Positions 54,877 to 63,561 of a stretch of DNA of 64,000 nt are shown here, in pieces. The translations under genes and the position numbers were made by a program. The DNA is from a virus. The DNA is taken from IMG/VR virus record IMGVR_UViG_3300032245_000473, positions 1 to 64,000 of that record. The stretch is one strand, 5' to 3'. How positions within the stretch are numbered: position 1 is the first letter of the stretch; each line of letters opens with the position of its first letter. A model generated the notes under the pieces. It worked only from the letters and a program-made list of their open reading frames with translations, was not told the origin of the DNA and made no database searches.

Positions 54877-56898
54877 GTGACCGATACAGGGGTAACGGAT
54901 AGCCCGGTGGTTCGCCACCGGGCTGTTCCCCATCTCATCACGACGGTGGAGGAACTACGGGAGGCAGTCGCCTACCTACTGACACAGCCCCACTTCGTTA
55001 TCGACGTGGAGACAACTTTCGGCAACGCTCACACCAATGAGGTGCTGTGGGTAGGTCTGGGTGCCCGTGCAGCGGTGTACCTCATTCCTATCAACCACCC
55101 CATTGGGTACGTGGATGTTCCTGAGCATGTGGAGATGCGTATCCCCCCTGAGAACGAGCGCAAGGTCTTGGCTAGTGGTGCCCTGAGCAAGGCCAAACGC
55201 CGGTACAAGGTTCCTACCTCATTTACCGAACGGCTAGACCAACTACCCCCCGGTGTGGTGTTTGCCGAGTTGGAACCACTGCTCTTCTCAGACCGAGGAA
55301 AGATTGGGCAGAACACCAAGTTCGACCTCATCAGCGTGTCCAAGTACTACGGCGGGAACATCCCTCCCGGCCCGTACCACGACAACATCGTCATCACGCA
55401 TCTGCTGGATGAGAACCGGATGAAGTACGACCTGAAGACGGTCACCATGGACTGGTTGGATGTTCCTCAGCCCCAGCGTGCCGCTTTCTACCCCAACTTG
55501 GGGCGCTCCGGTATTGAGATAGAACCTGTGGATGCTGTAGCCCGGTATCTTGCCAAGGACATTCGCTACACGTGGTTGTACTTCCGCAATCAGTTCCCCC
55601 GCCTCGCCAAGCAGGGTTTGACCGAAGCGTACAAAGTGGAAATGGACCTGTATGGCGTCCTCATGCGTATGGAATGCAACGGATTCCCTGTCGACGGCAA
55701 GCGTATGGACGTGGTGAAGTCCGAGTTGGAGGAGGAACTCCGTTCGGTTGCAGGAGAAGCATGGTCCATAGCCGGGTATCAGTTTGAGATGACGAATCTC
55801 AACATCAAGCGTGACCTGCTCTTCAACCCGAAGAAGTTGGGAGGTCAGGGACTGAAACCCAAGTCGTACACCGAGAAGACCAACACCGCTCAGTTGAACA
55901 AGGCCACGTTGGAGTACTACGCAGAGCGTGGGAACCGGCTAGCGCAGGTGTTCCTAGAGTTCTCTGCCCTAGAGAAACTTCGGGGCACCTTTATTGAGGG
56001 ACTTGGCAAGCACCTCATCGACGGTCGAATCCATACTTCGTTCAAGCAGCACGGCACTGTGACCGGGCGATTGTCCGCCCACCAACCCAACCTTCAGCAG
56101 ATTCCTGCCCGAGGTGACGGCGCAATTATTCGTGAGATGTTCGTTGCGCTCCCCGGTAAGTCGTTGGTCGTAGCCGACTATGACCAAATCGAACTGAGGT
56201 GCGCCGCCTTCTTGTCCGGTGATACCGCCATGATGGAAGTCTTCAAGCAGGGGCAGGACATTCACCGGGCCGCTGCTGCTGCCATGTACACCGTCGACAT
56301 GGACGAGGTGACAAAGGAGCAGCGGCAGGCAGGTAAGGGACAGAACTTCCTGACCCTCTACGGTGGTGGCGCAGCCAAATTGGCGCGCACCGCTGGCGTT
56401 GACGTTCCGACTGCGGAACTGTTCATCAAGCGGTACTACCAGCAGTTCCCTCACCTTGGTGCGTGGAAGGACAGCCTTGTAGAGGCCGCTCAAAGAGCGG
56501 GGCGACGAACCGATCCGTTCCGATACCCGCCTTACGTCCTTATTCCCCCCTTCAACCGTCGCCGGAGGATTCCTGACCTTTACTCTCCGCATGAGTACGA
56601 CAGGTATCGGGGAGAACGTCAGGCTGTAAACGCTGTCGTGCAGGGGTTTGCTTCGTACGTCATGAAGTTGGCCCTCATCGAACTGGACAGGCAGTTGCCA
56701 TCTCTTGACGCTGTGATGTTGGTCACAGTGCATGACGAAATCGTCGTGATGTGCGATGTTGATACGGCGGTATCCGTGAAGGACACGGTGTCCGCCATCA
56801 TGGGTTCCGTCACGCTTGCTGGAGAACCTATCCTTGGTGAGGTACCGCTTGTTGCTTCGGCAGACATCGGGCGCACTTGGGCAGAAGCAAAGGGGTAA
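54877..56898 (+). CDS. polA: DNA polymerase family A with 3'-5' exonuclease
   Basis: IDVET, NTKFD, YLAKD exonuclease motifs; TGRLS..PNLQQIP, ADYDQIELR, RQAGKGQNF..LYG, VHDEI. Confidence 0.95.
   Translation: MTDTGVTDSPVVRHRAVPHLITTVEELREAVAYLLTQPHFVIDVETTFGNAHTNEVLWVGLGARAAVYLIPINHPIGYVDVPEHVEMRIPPENERKVLASGALSKAKRRYKVPTSFTERLDQLPPGVVFAELEPLLFSDRGKIGQNTKFDLISVSKYYGGNIPPGPYHDNIVITHLLDENRMKYDLKTVTMDWLDVPQPQRAAFYPNLGRSGIEIEPVDAVARYLAKDIRYTWLYFRNQFPRLAKQGLTEAYKVEMDLYGVLMRMECNGFPVDGKRMDVVKSELEEELRSVAGEAWSIAGYQFEMTNLNIKRDLLFNPKKLGGQGLKPKSYTEKTNTAQLNKATLEYYAERGNRLAQVFLEFSALEKLRGTFIEGLGKHLIDGRIHTSFKQHGTVTGRLSAHQPNLQQIPARGDGAIIREMFVALPGKSLVVADYDQIELRCAAFLSGDTAMMEVFKQGQDIHRAAAAAMYTVDMDEVTKEQRQAGKGQNFLTLYGGGAAKLARTAGVDVPTAELFIKRYYQQFPHLGAWKDSLVEAAQRAGRRTDPFRYPPYVLIPPFNRRRRIPDLYSPHEYDRYRGERQAVNAVVQGFASYVMKLALIELDRQLPSLDAVMLVTVHDEIVVMCDVDTAVSVKDTVSAIMGSVTLAGEPILGEVPLVASADIGRTWAEAKG
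54901..54924 (+). promoter_or_regulatory. Perfect hairpin with UUCG loop in the 5' end of the polymerase ORF
   Basis: AGCCCGGTGG-TTCG-CCACCGGGCT. Confidence 0.6.
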
Positions 56899-56901
56899 GG
56901 A

Positions 56902-57291
56902 ATGTCATCGGATTGGTACGCCCGTCGGCTTGGTCAGCAGCAGCCTCAGTCTCAGCCTCAGGCCCGTCAATGGACACCCCCTCCCCCTCAGTATGTTCCT
57001 CAGCAGCCGAACTACCAGCAGCAACCTGCTCCGGGGCAGCATCAGATGCCGCCGCAAACGCCACCCCCCGGTTCGGTGAATCATGAGAACTTCATGCAGA
57101 TGGCCAGTATGTGGCGAGGTGGCCCTGCCATGAAGTCCGACCCCGGTGGGTGCCCTCAGTGCGGTAGCCCCCGGTACTACAGCCGTTCAAAGTCGGTGAG
57201 CCGTGGCCCTGCTCCTGCTCCGCACTGCTTTGACTGCGGCTTCAACGGCTTATTCGACCAAGGTGATCCTGCGACATGGGGGGCAATGTGA
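56902..57291 (+). CDS. Q/P-rich Zn-ribbon protein
   Basis: CPQCGS..Y...CFDCG. Confidence 0.7.
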   Translation: MSSDWYARRLGQQQPQSQPQARQWTPPPPQYVPQQPNYQQQPAPGQHQMPPQTPPPGSVNHENFMQMASMWRGGPAMKSDPGGCPQCGSPRYYSRSKSVSRGPAPAPHCFDCGFNGLFDQGDPATWGAM

Positions 57292-58301
57292 CAGCGTTAG
57301 ACGAACTAATCGCTAAGACCAACAAGAAGGCCGGGGGGACGCTGATCGTGCGTGGCTCTGACCTCAAAGACACGACCATTCCTCGTATTACGACAGGGAG
57401 TCTGGCGTTTGACCTCATGCTCGGTGGCGGTTGGCCGCTCAACTGCTGGAATGAGGTGATCGGTAACGAGAGTAACGGCAAGACCGTGATGGTCCTGAAG
57501 ACCATCGCTGCCTGTCAGGCCCAGAACCCTGAGCATGAGACGCTATGGATTGCCAGTGAGGACTTCGTTCCTGATTGGGCGGAAACACTGGGAGTCAATC
57601 TGGACAAGGTGGCAGTCGCATCCACAAAGGTAATGGAAGAGGCGTATCAACTGGTCATTGACGCCATCGACGGTCGGGCCGTGGACGCCGTGGTCATCGA
57701 CTCATACCCGGCTCTCATCCCTACGGTTGAGGACGAGAAGACCATGCACGAAATGAGTGTTGGTCTAGGCGCACGGCTTACCGGACAGTTCATGCGGAAG
57801 TCCAACAAAGCCCAACGACGGTCATTGGATGAGGAAGACCGCCCCTGCCTTGGCATCATCATCAACCAGTGGCGAGAGAAGATTGGTGTGATGTATGGCG
57901 ACCCACGAACGACCCCCGGTGGTAAGGCCAAGAACTTCTCGTACTTCACTCGGGTTGAAGTGACTCGAGATGACTGGGTGGAGCGTGGTAATTCAAAGGT
58001 CGGTATCAGCATCAAGGCCAAGACGATCAAGAACAAGACTGCTCCCCCGCAGCGAACCGGCTTGGTTGACTTCTACTTCCAAGACTCCAGCCCTTTCCAT
58101 CAAGGTGAGTATGACGCTGTCAAGGAGGTGTCATCCATCGCCATCAGTCTGGAAGTGGTGTCCCGTCGCGGTGCCATGTACCACTTCGGTGAGCAGAAGT
58201 GGCGTGGTAAGGAAGAGTTCTTGGATGCACTCCGACAAGATTTGGACCTTCAGCGTGACATTGCTGACCAAGTAAAGCGCATGGTGATCCCCAATGGATG
58301 A
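57288..58301 (+). CDS. recA: RecA-family recombinase
   Basis: TTGSLAFDLMLGGG, GNESNGKT, VVIDS, INQWREKIGVMYGDP.TTPGG, KNKTAPP. Confidence 0.93.
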   Translation: MTALDELIAKTNKKAGGTLIVRGSDLKDTTIPRITTGSLAFDLMLGGGWPLNCWNEVIGNESNGKTVMVLKTIAACQAQNPEHETLWIASEDFVPDWAETLGVNLDKVAVASTKVMEEAYQLVIDAIDGRAVDAVVIDSYPALIPTVEDEKTMHEMSVGLGARLTGQFMRKSNKAQRRSLDEEDRPCLGIIINQWREKIGVMYGDPRTTPGGKAKNFSYFTRVEVTRDDWVERGNSKVGISIKAKTIKNKTAPPQRTGLVDFYFQDSSPFHQGEYDAVKEVSSIAISLEVVSRRGAMYHFGEQKWRGKEEFLDALRQDLDLQRDIADQVKRMVIPNG

Positions 58302-58608
58302 GAGAATCCTGAAGTCTCGTTCTCAGGAGAAGAGGATCGCCCGGAAAGTTGGTGGCACTCTGAACGCAGGGTCGGGCAACGGTAATAGGAAAAACGATGT
58401 CCGCCAGCGGGGAGAAGTGTTGTGGGAGATGAAGAGAACCGACGCCAAAACAATCACCATCCGAGCCACCGACCTTCGGGACTTGCGAAAGAATGCCTCC
58501 TTGGAGGGACGACTCCCCGTCATGCACATCGAATTAGGCGGTCGTCGGTACGTTGTCATCGAAGAGGACGACTTCTTGTCGTCAGACTTGGCGAAGGGGT
58601 TACTGTGA
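58294..58608 (+). CDS. Hjc-like PD-(D/E)XK resolvase
   Basis: QEKRIA...GSG...KNDV...WEMKRT. Confidence 0.75.
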   Translation: MDERILKSRSQEKRIARKVGGTLNAGSGNGNRKNDVRQRGEVLWEMKRTDAKTITIRATDLRDLRKNASLEGRLPVMHIELGGRRYVVIEEDDFLSSDLAKGLL

Positions 58609-58673
58609 GTCTTGTAGTGACCCTGCTTATTTTTGCCGCCTTGGCGTTCATCTTCTCTTGGCGTATCCGATGA
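58605..58673 (+). CDS. 22-aa transmembrane microprotein
   Basis: VSLVVTLLIFAALAFIFSWRIR; coupled by GTGA and ATGA overlaps on both sides. Confidence 0.5.
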   Translation: MSLVVTLLIFAALAFIFSWRIR

Positions 58674-59653
58674 GACAAATCAGCAACAAGGTGTTGGACG
58701 CCCACAAGGAATCCTTCAAGGGAAACCAAGGGTACTTGCTGCCCCCGATGCGTCGGTACGTGGTACGGAAGGTGACTGAGGATGCCGCCGAGTCCAACCG
58801 CCGTACCGACATCATGCACCCCAGCGAGATGTGTAAGCCGGGTTGGTGCCAGCGCAAAGACTACTATCGGATCACTCTTGGGGTACGGGAAGAACTTGCG
58901 GCCCAGTTCAGTAGCGAGTTGATCTTTGCCGAGGGCCACACCATCCACGACAAGTACCAGCGTTGGCTGAGTGCCATGGGATTGCTCTATGGAAGGTGGG
59001 TATGCAAGGCCGACGGTCACTCGTTCTTCGGTCAGTCCCCCCGCACCTGCCCCGCTTGCGGCAGCGACAACCTCCGTTACAAAGAGGTACCGCTGGAGAA
59101 CAAGGACTACATGATTGCCGGTCACGCTGATGGGGCGGTAAATACTGGCAACGAGTGGCTGGAAGTGGATGAACCCTTCCTTATTGAGGTGAAGTCCATC
59201 GGGCTGGGCACAATCCGTGTCGAGAACCCTGAGTTGTACCGCAAGTACACCGACAATGAGTACGACCTAACCCGGCTTTGGCAGGAGATCAAGCGCCCGT
59301 TCTCTGCTCACATCCGGCAGGCCACGTTGTACTGCTGGCTGTCGGGCTACAAGAAGATGGTCTTCATCTACGAGAGCAAGTGGAATCAGCAGACCAAGGA
59401 GTTCGTGGTCACGCCAGACTTCAAGCACATTCAATGGATTCTGGATGGGGCCAAGGACGTGGCCCAATCCATCCGTCAAGGTATTGAGCCATACCGCCCC
59501 GGCTGGGCGAAGAAGGAACACAAAACGTGCAAGGCATGCCCCTACAAGGGTGAGTGCTGGGGAGAAACCGATGACAAGACAGATCAACCGAAGCCAGTCG
59601 CCGTCCGAAAGGCACCAGTTGCCCGACGACGAAAGGCTCTTCGCCCGTCCTAA
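58670..59653 (+). CDS. Cas4-like PD-(D/E)XK exonuclease
   Basis: HPSE...CQR, GHTIH, GHADG, IEVKS, HIRQATLY, CKACPY..EC. Confidence 0.85.
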   Translation: MRQISNKVLDAHKESFKGNQGYLLPPMRRYVVRKVTEDAAESNRRTDIMHPSEMCKPGWCQRKDYYRITLGVREELAAQFSSELIFAEGHTIHDKYQRWLSAMGLLYGRWVCKADGHSFFGQSPRTCPACGSDNLRYKEVPLENKDYMIAGHADGAVNTGNEWLEVDEPFLIEVKSIGLGTIRVENPELYRKYTDNEYDLTRLWQEIKRPFSAHIRQATLYCWLSGYKKMVFIYESKWNQQTKEFVVTPDFKHIQWILDGAKDVAQSIRQGIEPYRPGWAKKEHKTCKACPYKGECWGETDDKTDQPKPVAVRKAPVARRRKALRPS

Positions 59654-60101
59654 CTTTGACATTCCAGAGTTGGACGGCAGCGATTTGACGATGGTGGCCG
59701 ACTCCACTCTCATGGAGATGTTCAGCAAGGCCGTGGCATGGCAGAACTTTGCCGACACGATTGCTACTGAGGCTGAGATCAAGGAGGCGGATTTCGCCGC
59801 CCGTGTAGAGCAGGCTGAATCTTCTGCTGTCCTTTGGGCATGGACCAACGCTTCTACGACCGTCGGTCCCCGTGGTGGGGTGAAGTCGGAATTCACCGCC
59901 ACCGTTGCAAAGGCGCAGCGTGATACGGACCCTGAGGTAGGGTTGTTGCGTGAGCAGTTTCGTCTCGCCAAAGCCGCACGTAAGCGCGCACAGACAGTAC
60001 GTGACAACAGTGAGCGGTTGGCTAACCTTCTGTCCAGAGAACTGTCTCGCCGTATCGGGCGGGACGGTGTTCAGCAACGAGCAGGACGGTTCGGAACGTG
60101 A
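59571..60101 (+). CDS. Helical hypothetical protein (possible recombination mediator)
   Basis: GGAG RBS; coiled-coil; LLSRELSRR. Confidence 0.6.
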   Translation: MTRQINRSQSPSERHQLPDDERLFARPNFDIPELDGSDLTMVADSTLMEMFSKAVAWQNFADTIATEAEIKEADFAARVEQAESSAVLWAWTNASTTVGPRGGVKSEFTATVAKAQRDTDPEVGLLREQFRLAKAARKRAQTVRDNSERLANLLSRELSRRIGRDGVQQRAGRFGT

Positions 60102-60250
60102 CACGTGATGTCAAGTGCAAGCAGTGCGGGTCCCGTATGTGGGATGACGAGGATGGAAAGTTGTACTGCCCATCGTGTGGATGGGAAAATGGAACACCAG
60201 TAGAGGACGCTGATGGCGAACAGGATGAAGTCCCTTGGGACGCAACATGA
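60098..60250 (+). CDS. Small Zn-ribbon protein (50 aa; not in ORF track)
   Basis: CKQCG...LYCPSCG; GTGA coupling. Confidence 0.6.
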   Translation: MTRDVKCKQCGSRMWDDEDGKLYCPSCGWENGTPVEDADGEQDEVPWDAT

Positions 60251-60647
60251 ATCCGCTATTCGTGATTGGCTAAGAGAACATGGGTGGCCGTTCGCTGATC
60301 GGCGCACCCAGAACGGGGCCAACGACCTTGGTGACCTGCGGTTGAGTGAACGCATCCCCTTTGTGGTGGAAGCCAAGACCGCTAAGTCCACTACTGAGCG
60401 AGCCTCTCTTGGCACCTTCGTAAAGGAACTGATGGCCGAGGTGCGTAACGACCATGCTGAGGCAGGCGCTGTCATCTTCAAGAAGCAGGGAACCACTGAT
60501 GTGGGCGAGTACTACGCCATCATGCCGGTGAAGTACCTCAACGTCCTTCTGGAGAAGGCATACGGCGAACGGGTAGAGGAACCTCTGGTTGTCAGGCGTG
60601 TCGTCGGCAGGAGAACGATCTCGCAAACCATCCCCCCTACTTCATAG
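60213..60647 (+). CDS. Second Holliday junction resolvase-like nuclease
   Basis: KSLGTQHE..I..WL...G..D.GD...VVEAK. Confidence 0.8.
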   Translation: MANRMKSLGTQHESAIRDWLREHGWPFADRRTQNGANDLGDLRLSERIPFVVEAKTAKSTTERASLGTFVKELMAEVRNDHAEAGAVIFKKQGTTDVGEYYAIMPVKYLNVLLEKAYGERVEEPLVVRRVVGRRTISQTIPPTS

Positions 60648-60690
60648 CCTGCTATCGTCTTCCTGTATCGGCATATCGGTCGGAGGAAAT

Positions 60691-60987
60691 ATGCAGGGCA
60701 CCGTTGGTATCACAAAGGAAGAGTTCCTGATGAGGGTGAGCGGAAGCAGCCCTGTTCAGGCTGTTGCCAACTCCATTGTCAAGTGCATCTTTGAGTCCAG
60801 TCACTTCCCCGTCATCCGTGCTATCGGTGCTGGGGCCGTTGCCCAGACCTGCAAAGCCATTGCCGTCGCTCGGGGTATTGTTGCTCCTAAGGGCATGGAC
60901 CTTGCCTGCGTCATCGGGTTCGACACGATCCGAGGTGACCAAGGAGAGGACATCAGCGCACAGATTTTCTACCTGTTTGCACGCTGA
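60691..60987 (+). CDS. spoVS: SpoVS-family (Alba-like) protein
   Basis: RVSGSS..QAVANSI...RAIGAGAVAQTCKAIAVARG....G.DL....GF; GGAGG RBS. Confidence 0.88.
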   Translation: MQGTVGITKEEFLMRVSGSSPVQAVANSIVKCIFESSHFPVIRAIGAGAVAQTCKAIAVARGIVAPKGMDLACVIGFDTIRGDQGEDISAQIFYLFAR

Positions 60988-61670
60988 TGATTTATAGGGC
61001 CAAGGTGGTGCAGGGCTATGCCAATGGCTCCTGTCGTGCTGTTGTCCCCCAGATGTATGGGGAAACTGTCATCACCATTACCCGATTCGCTGGGTCTACG
61101 TACCCTGCTGTCCCTACTATGGGATGGGTGTCGTTTGAAGGTGGAGAGGCTTCTTTCCCTGTGTGGCTAGGGCCAGATGCGGTGATTGCCCCTGTTGCCT
61201 CTGGTCCTGTTGGGTATGGGGCATTCTCCGACTACACAAACCAGACCACAACCGCCAACACCGCCAAGGCCATGACGTTCAACACAACGGACGAAGCCAG
61301 TGGGGTCAGCATTGTTGGTGGATCGCGCATCACGTTCGCCTATGCGGGCACCTACAACTTGCAATGGAGCGGACAGTTTGAGAACGTCGGTATCCAAGAG
61401 CATGACGTGTCTGTATGGCTTCGCAAGAACGGAGTGGATGTTCCCGGCTCAACAGGATTCGTGGCAGTCGTGTCATCACATGGCGGCATCGCCGGTCACG
61501 CCCTGTCCAGTTGGAACTTCGTGTTCACCGTCGCCGCAAACGATTACTACGAACTGTGGTGGTCATCAACCGACGCTGGCGTCAGCATTCAAACCTATGC
61601 TGCAAGCACCGGCCCGGTTCGACCGTCTACCGCTTCGTTGGTGTTGACCGTTACCCCAGTAATTCGCTGA
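60987..61670 (+). CDS. Baseplate spike (gpV/gp5 OB-fold) fused to a C1q/BclA-like domain
   Basis: IYRAKVV...VPQ...P.V..MGWVSFEGGEASFPVWLG; C-terminal YGAFSD...AMTFNTT...AGTYNLQWS.Q...WLRKNG.DV. Confidence 0.75.
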   Translation: MIYRAKVVQGYANGSCRAVVPQMYGETVITITRFAGSTYPAVPTMGWVSFEGGEASFPVWLGPDAVIAPVASGPVGYGAFSDYTNQTTTANTAKAMTFNTTDEASGVSIVGGSRITFAYAGTYNLQWSGQFENVGIQEHDVSVWLRKNGVDVPGSTGFVAVVSSHGGIAGHALSSWNFVFTVAANDYYELWWSSTDAGVSIQTYAASTGPVRPSTASLVLTVTPVIR

Positions 61671-61689
61671 CGTGGGGTAACATGCCCTC

Positions 61690-61866
61690 ATGCCGTGGTC
61701 AGCGTCTGATTCCCCTCACAAGGACAAGGATGCAGACACGCCTGCCAAGCAAAGGAAGTGGGCGGGTACTGCCAATAGTGTTCGCCGTAAGGCGATGTCA
61801 CAGGGCATGAGCGAGGGTGCCGCCTCCCAGCGGGCGATCAAGGTAGCCAATAAGGTGGTGACGTAA
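61690..61866 (+). CDS. Small basic protein (58 aa; MPW-start, ChaB-like; not in ORF track)
   Basis: MPWSASD...KQRKWAGTANS...SEGAA..RAIKVAN; TAACAT-N6-ATG; TAATG coupling. Confidence 0.65.
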   Translation: MPWSASDSPHKDKDADTPAKQRKWAGTANSVRRKAMSQGMSEGAASQRAIKVANKVVT

Positions 61867-62450
61867 TGGCACAGTCTTTCAACCAGTGGCAGGGTCGTGA
61901 TTACCCCGCAGGTCAGGCACCTTTCCGCGCAGCGGAGACGATGGGTCCTCAGCCTGTGGCCCACGGTGATCTGGATGCTCTCCGTATGTCATGGCGACGT
62001 ACTCCCGAAGCCACGTATCCCGATGGATACCTTGGGACGATCAACACCCGTCGGCAGGATCGCCTGCTGGATGGCCTGAAGCAGCGTCAGTCAAACCGCC
62101 CTTACACCCGTGGCATTCACAAAGGTGAGCGAGTTGATGGTCGGGATTATTTCTGGCCTCCCGAGTTCAACCAGTGGACCGGACTTCAGACTCAAGATGC
62201 TGGGATTAGGTTTGCCCCTCCCGGTGTAGGGATGGAACTTCAGTACGAGCGGTACCCAACCGACCGAAAGGTTGGTCCCAAGCGTGTGCCCGTGGGGGGT
62301 CAATCCGACGGCACCGTGCAGTGGGGTCCCCGTCAGCAGCCCGACCGAGTCGGTGTTCTTCGACATCTGGCCCCCGGTTGGAGTAGCGGTCGTCGTGGTA
62401 ATCCCGGTATGGCTGTTCCGTACGTTCCGGTCGGTGCGGGCGGCGGATAA
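61866..62450 (+). CDS. Hypothetical phage protein
   Basis: 194 aa; YPDGYLGTI..RR.DRLL...RGIHKGERV. Confidence 0.7.
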   Translation: MAQSFNQWQGRDYPAGQAPFRAAETMGPQPVAHGDLDALRMSWRRTPEATYPDGYLGTINTRRQDRLLDGLKQRQSNRPYTRGIHKGERVDGRDYFWPPEFNQWTGLQTQDAGIRFAPPGVGMELQYERYPTDRKVGPKRVPVGGQSDGTVQWGPRQQPDRVGVLRHLAPGWSSGRRGNPGMAVPYVPVGAGGG

Positions 62451-62489
62451 TTCACCACTAATCGAATCTGTTGATATACCATTATCGGC

Positions 62490-62843
62490 GTGCTGTTGTT
62501 CATTGACACCACTCTCGCTGACGGTGGTACCCTCATCATCCTCGGAGCCTTTACACTGATAGGAACACTGTTCGCTAGTTATATGGCGTACTTGTCCTCT
62601 AAGAATGCCAAAGGCGCTCGTAAAGAAGCAGCAGAAGCAAACGATGCTGTAAACCACCGGCACGCAGACCAGCCAAGACTGTTCGACGTGGTTCATTCAA
62701 TGCAGAGTCAAATCAGCGCCATGGACCGCAGGTTTGACAGGTACATGAACTCTGCTGCCGACAAGCATGAGGAAGTCATGAACTACATTCGTGATGTAGA
62801 TCGAAAGATCGCCCATCGTTTCCATCCTGCTAGTGATGAATGA
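62490..62843 (+). CDS. Membrane protein with coiled coil (lysis-associated candidate)
   Basis: One N-terminal TM segment, ANDAVNH, C-terminal coiled coil. Confidence 0.6.
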   Translation: MLLFIDTTLADGGTLIILGAFTLIGTLFASYMAYLSSKNAKGARKEAAEANDAVNHRHADQPRLFDVVHSMQSQISAMDRRFDRYMNSAADKHEEVMNYIRDVDRKIAHRFHPASDE

Positions 62844-63040
62844 GGAGAATCATGTTGATCCAGAAACTGTTTGCTGGTGACGGAGGTGCAGCCGTTCGTG
62901 CCCTGTTCCGTGCGCTCATCGTGCTGCTCACGGCCTTCATCCTCAGTCTCACCCCAGAGCAGGTCGGTGCCATTCAGTTGGTGGCCGAAGCGGTGATCGC
63001 CCTGCTGGTGCGGCTGGTCCCGAACCCTCCGACCGACTGA
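62840..63040 (+). CDS. Holin-like protein
   Basis: 66 aa; two hydrophobic helices separated by LSLTPEQVGAI. Confidence 0.65.
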   Translation: MRRIMLIQKLFAGDGGAAVRALFRALIVLLTAFILSLTPEQVGAIQLVAEAVIALLVRLVPNPPTD

Positions 63041-63041
63041 C

Positions 63042-63518
63042 ATGGGCTACCGAGGCTCCCACCAGCCTGACACGACGGATGACTCGCCCCGGTTCCATGA
63101 ACTGGACAAGGCGATGCCTAACTTTTATCAGCGGCCCCATGACTACGTGTGGCATCTGGATGACGAGGACCATTCGATCACCAAGCACCTCCACCCCGAT
63201 CAACTGGGTGGGGCTACGCAGGCTGTTCAGCAGGCTTTGCGGGCAAGGGGGAACCCCGATGCACGGGTGATGCTGTACCGGGCTGTCCCCAAGGGCGTGA
63301 CCGAGATCAACTCGGGCGATTGGGTCACCACGTCCCACCACTACGCCAGACAGCACGCTGCCTTGGACGATGACCCTCGGAACGACATGGATGTTCTGGC
63401 CAAGCAGGTGCGTGCGAACGAGATCACCTTTGGGGGTAACGACGCTTACGAGTTCGGATACGTCGGTTCCACAGTGAACGGGAGACGGCTCCCTCGTTCC
63501 CGCCGCCAGTCACGTTGA
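63042..63518 (+). CDS. ADP-ribosyltransferase-like protein (R-S/T-E type)
   Basis: LYRAVP...INSGDWVTTS..YA..H...YEFGY. Confidence 0.65.
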   Translation: MGYRGSHQPDTTDDSPRFHELDKAMPNFYQRPHDYVWHLDDEDHSITKHLHPDQLGGATQAVQQALRARGNPDARVMLYRAVPKGVTEINSGDWVTTSHHYARQHAALDDDPRNDMDVLAKQVRANEITFGGNDAYEFGYVGSTVNGRRLPRSRRQSR

Positions 63519-63561
63519 CGGAGTAGCATCAGACCATGGGCCAGTCCAAGGAGCAGTACTG

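Noticed and set aside
58670-59653. Cas4-like gene as part of a CRISPR-Cas system
   Set aside because: No array or other cas genes; the context (RecA, resolvases) fits a stand-alone phage recombination exonuclease.
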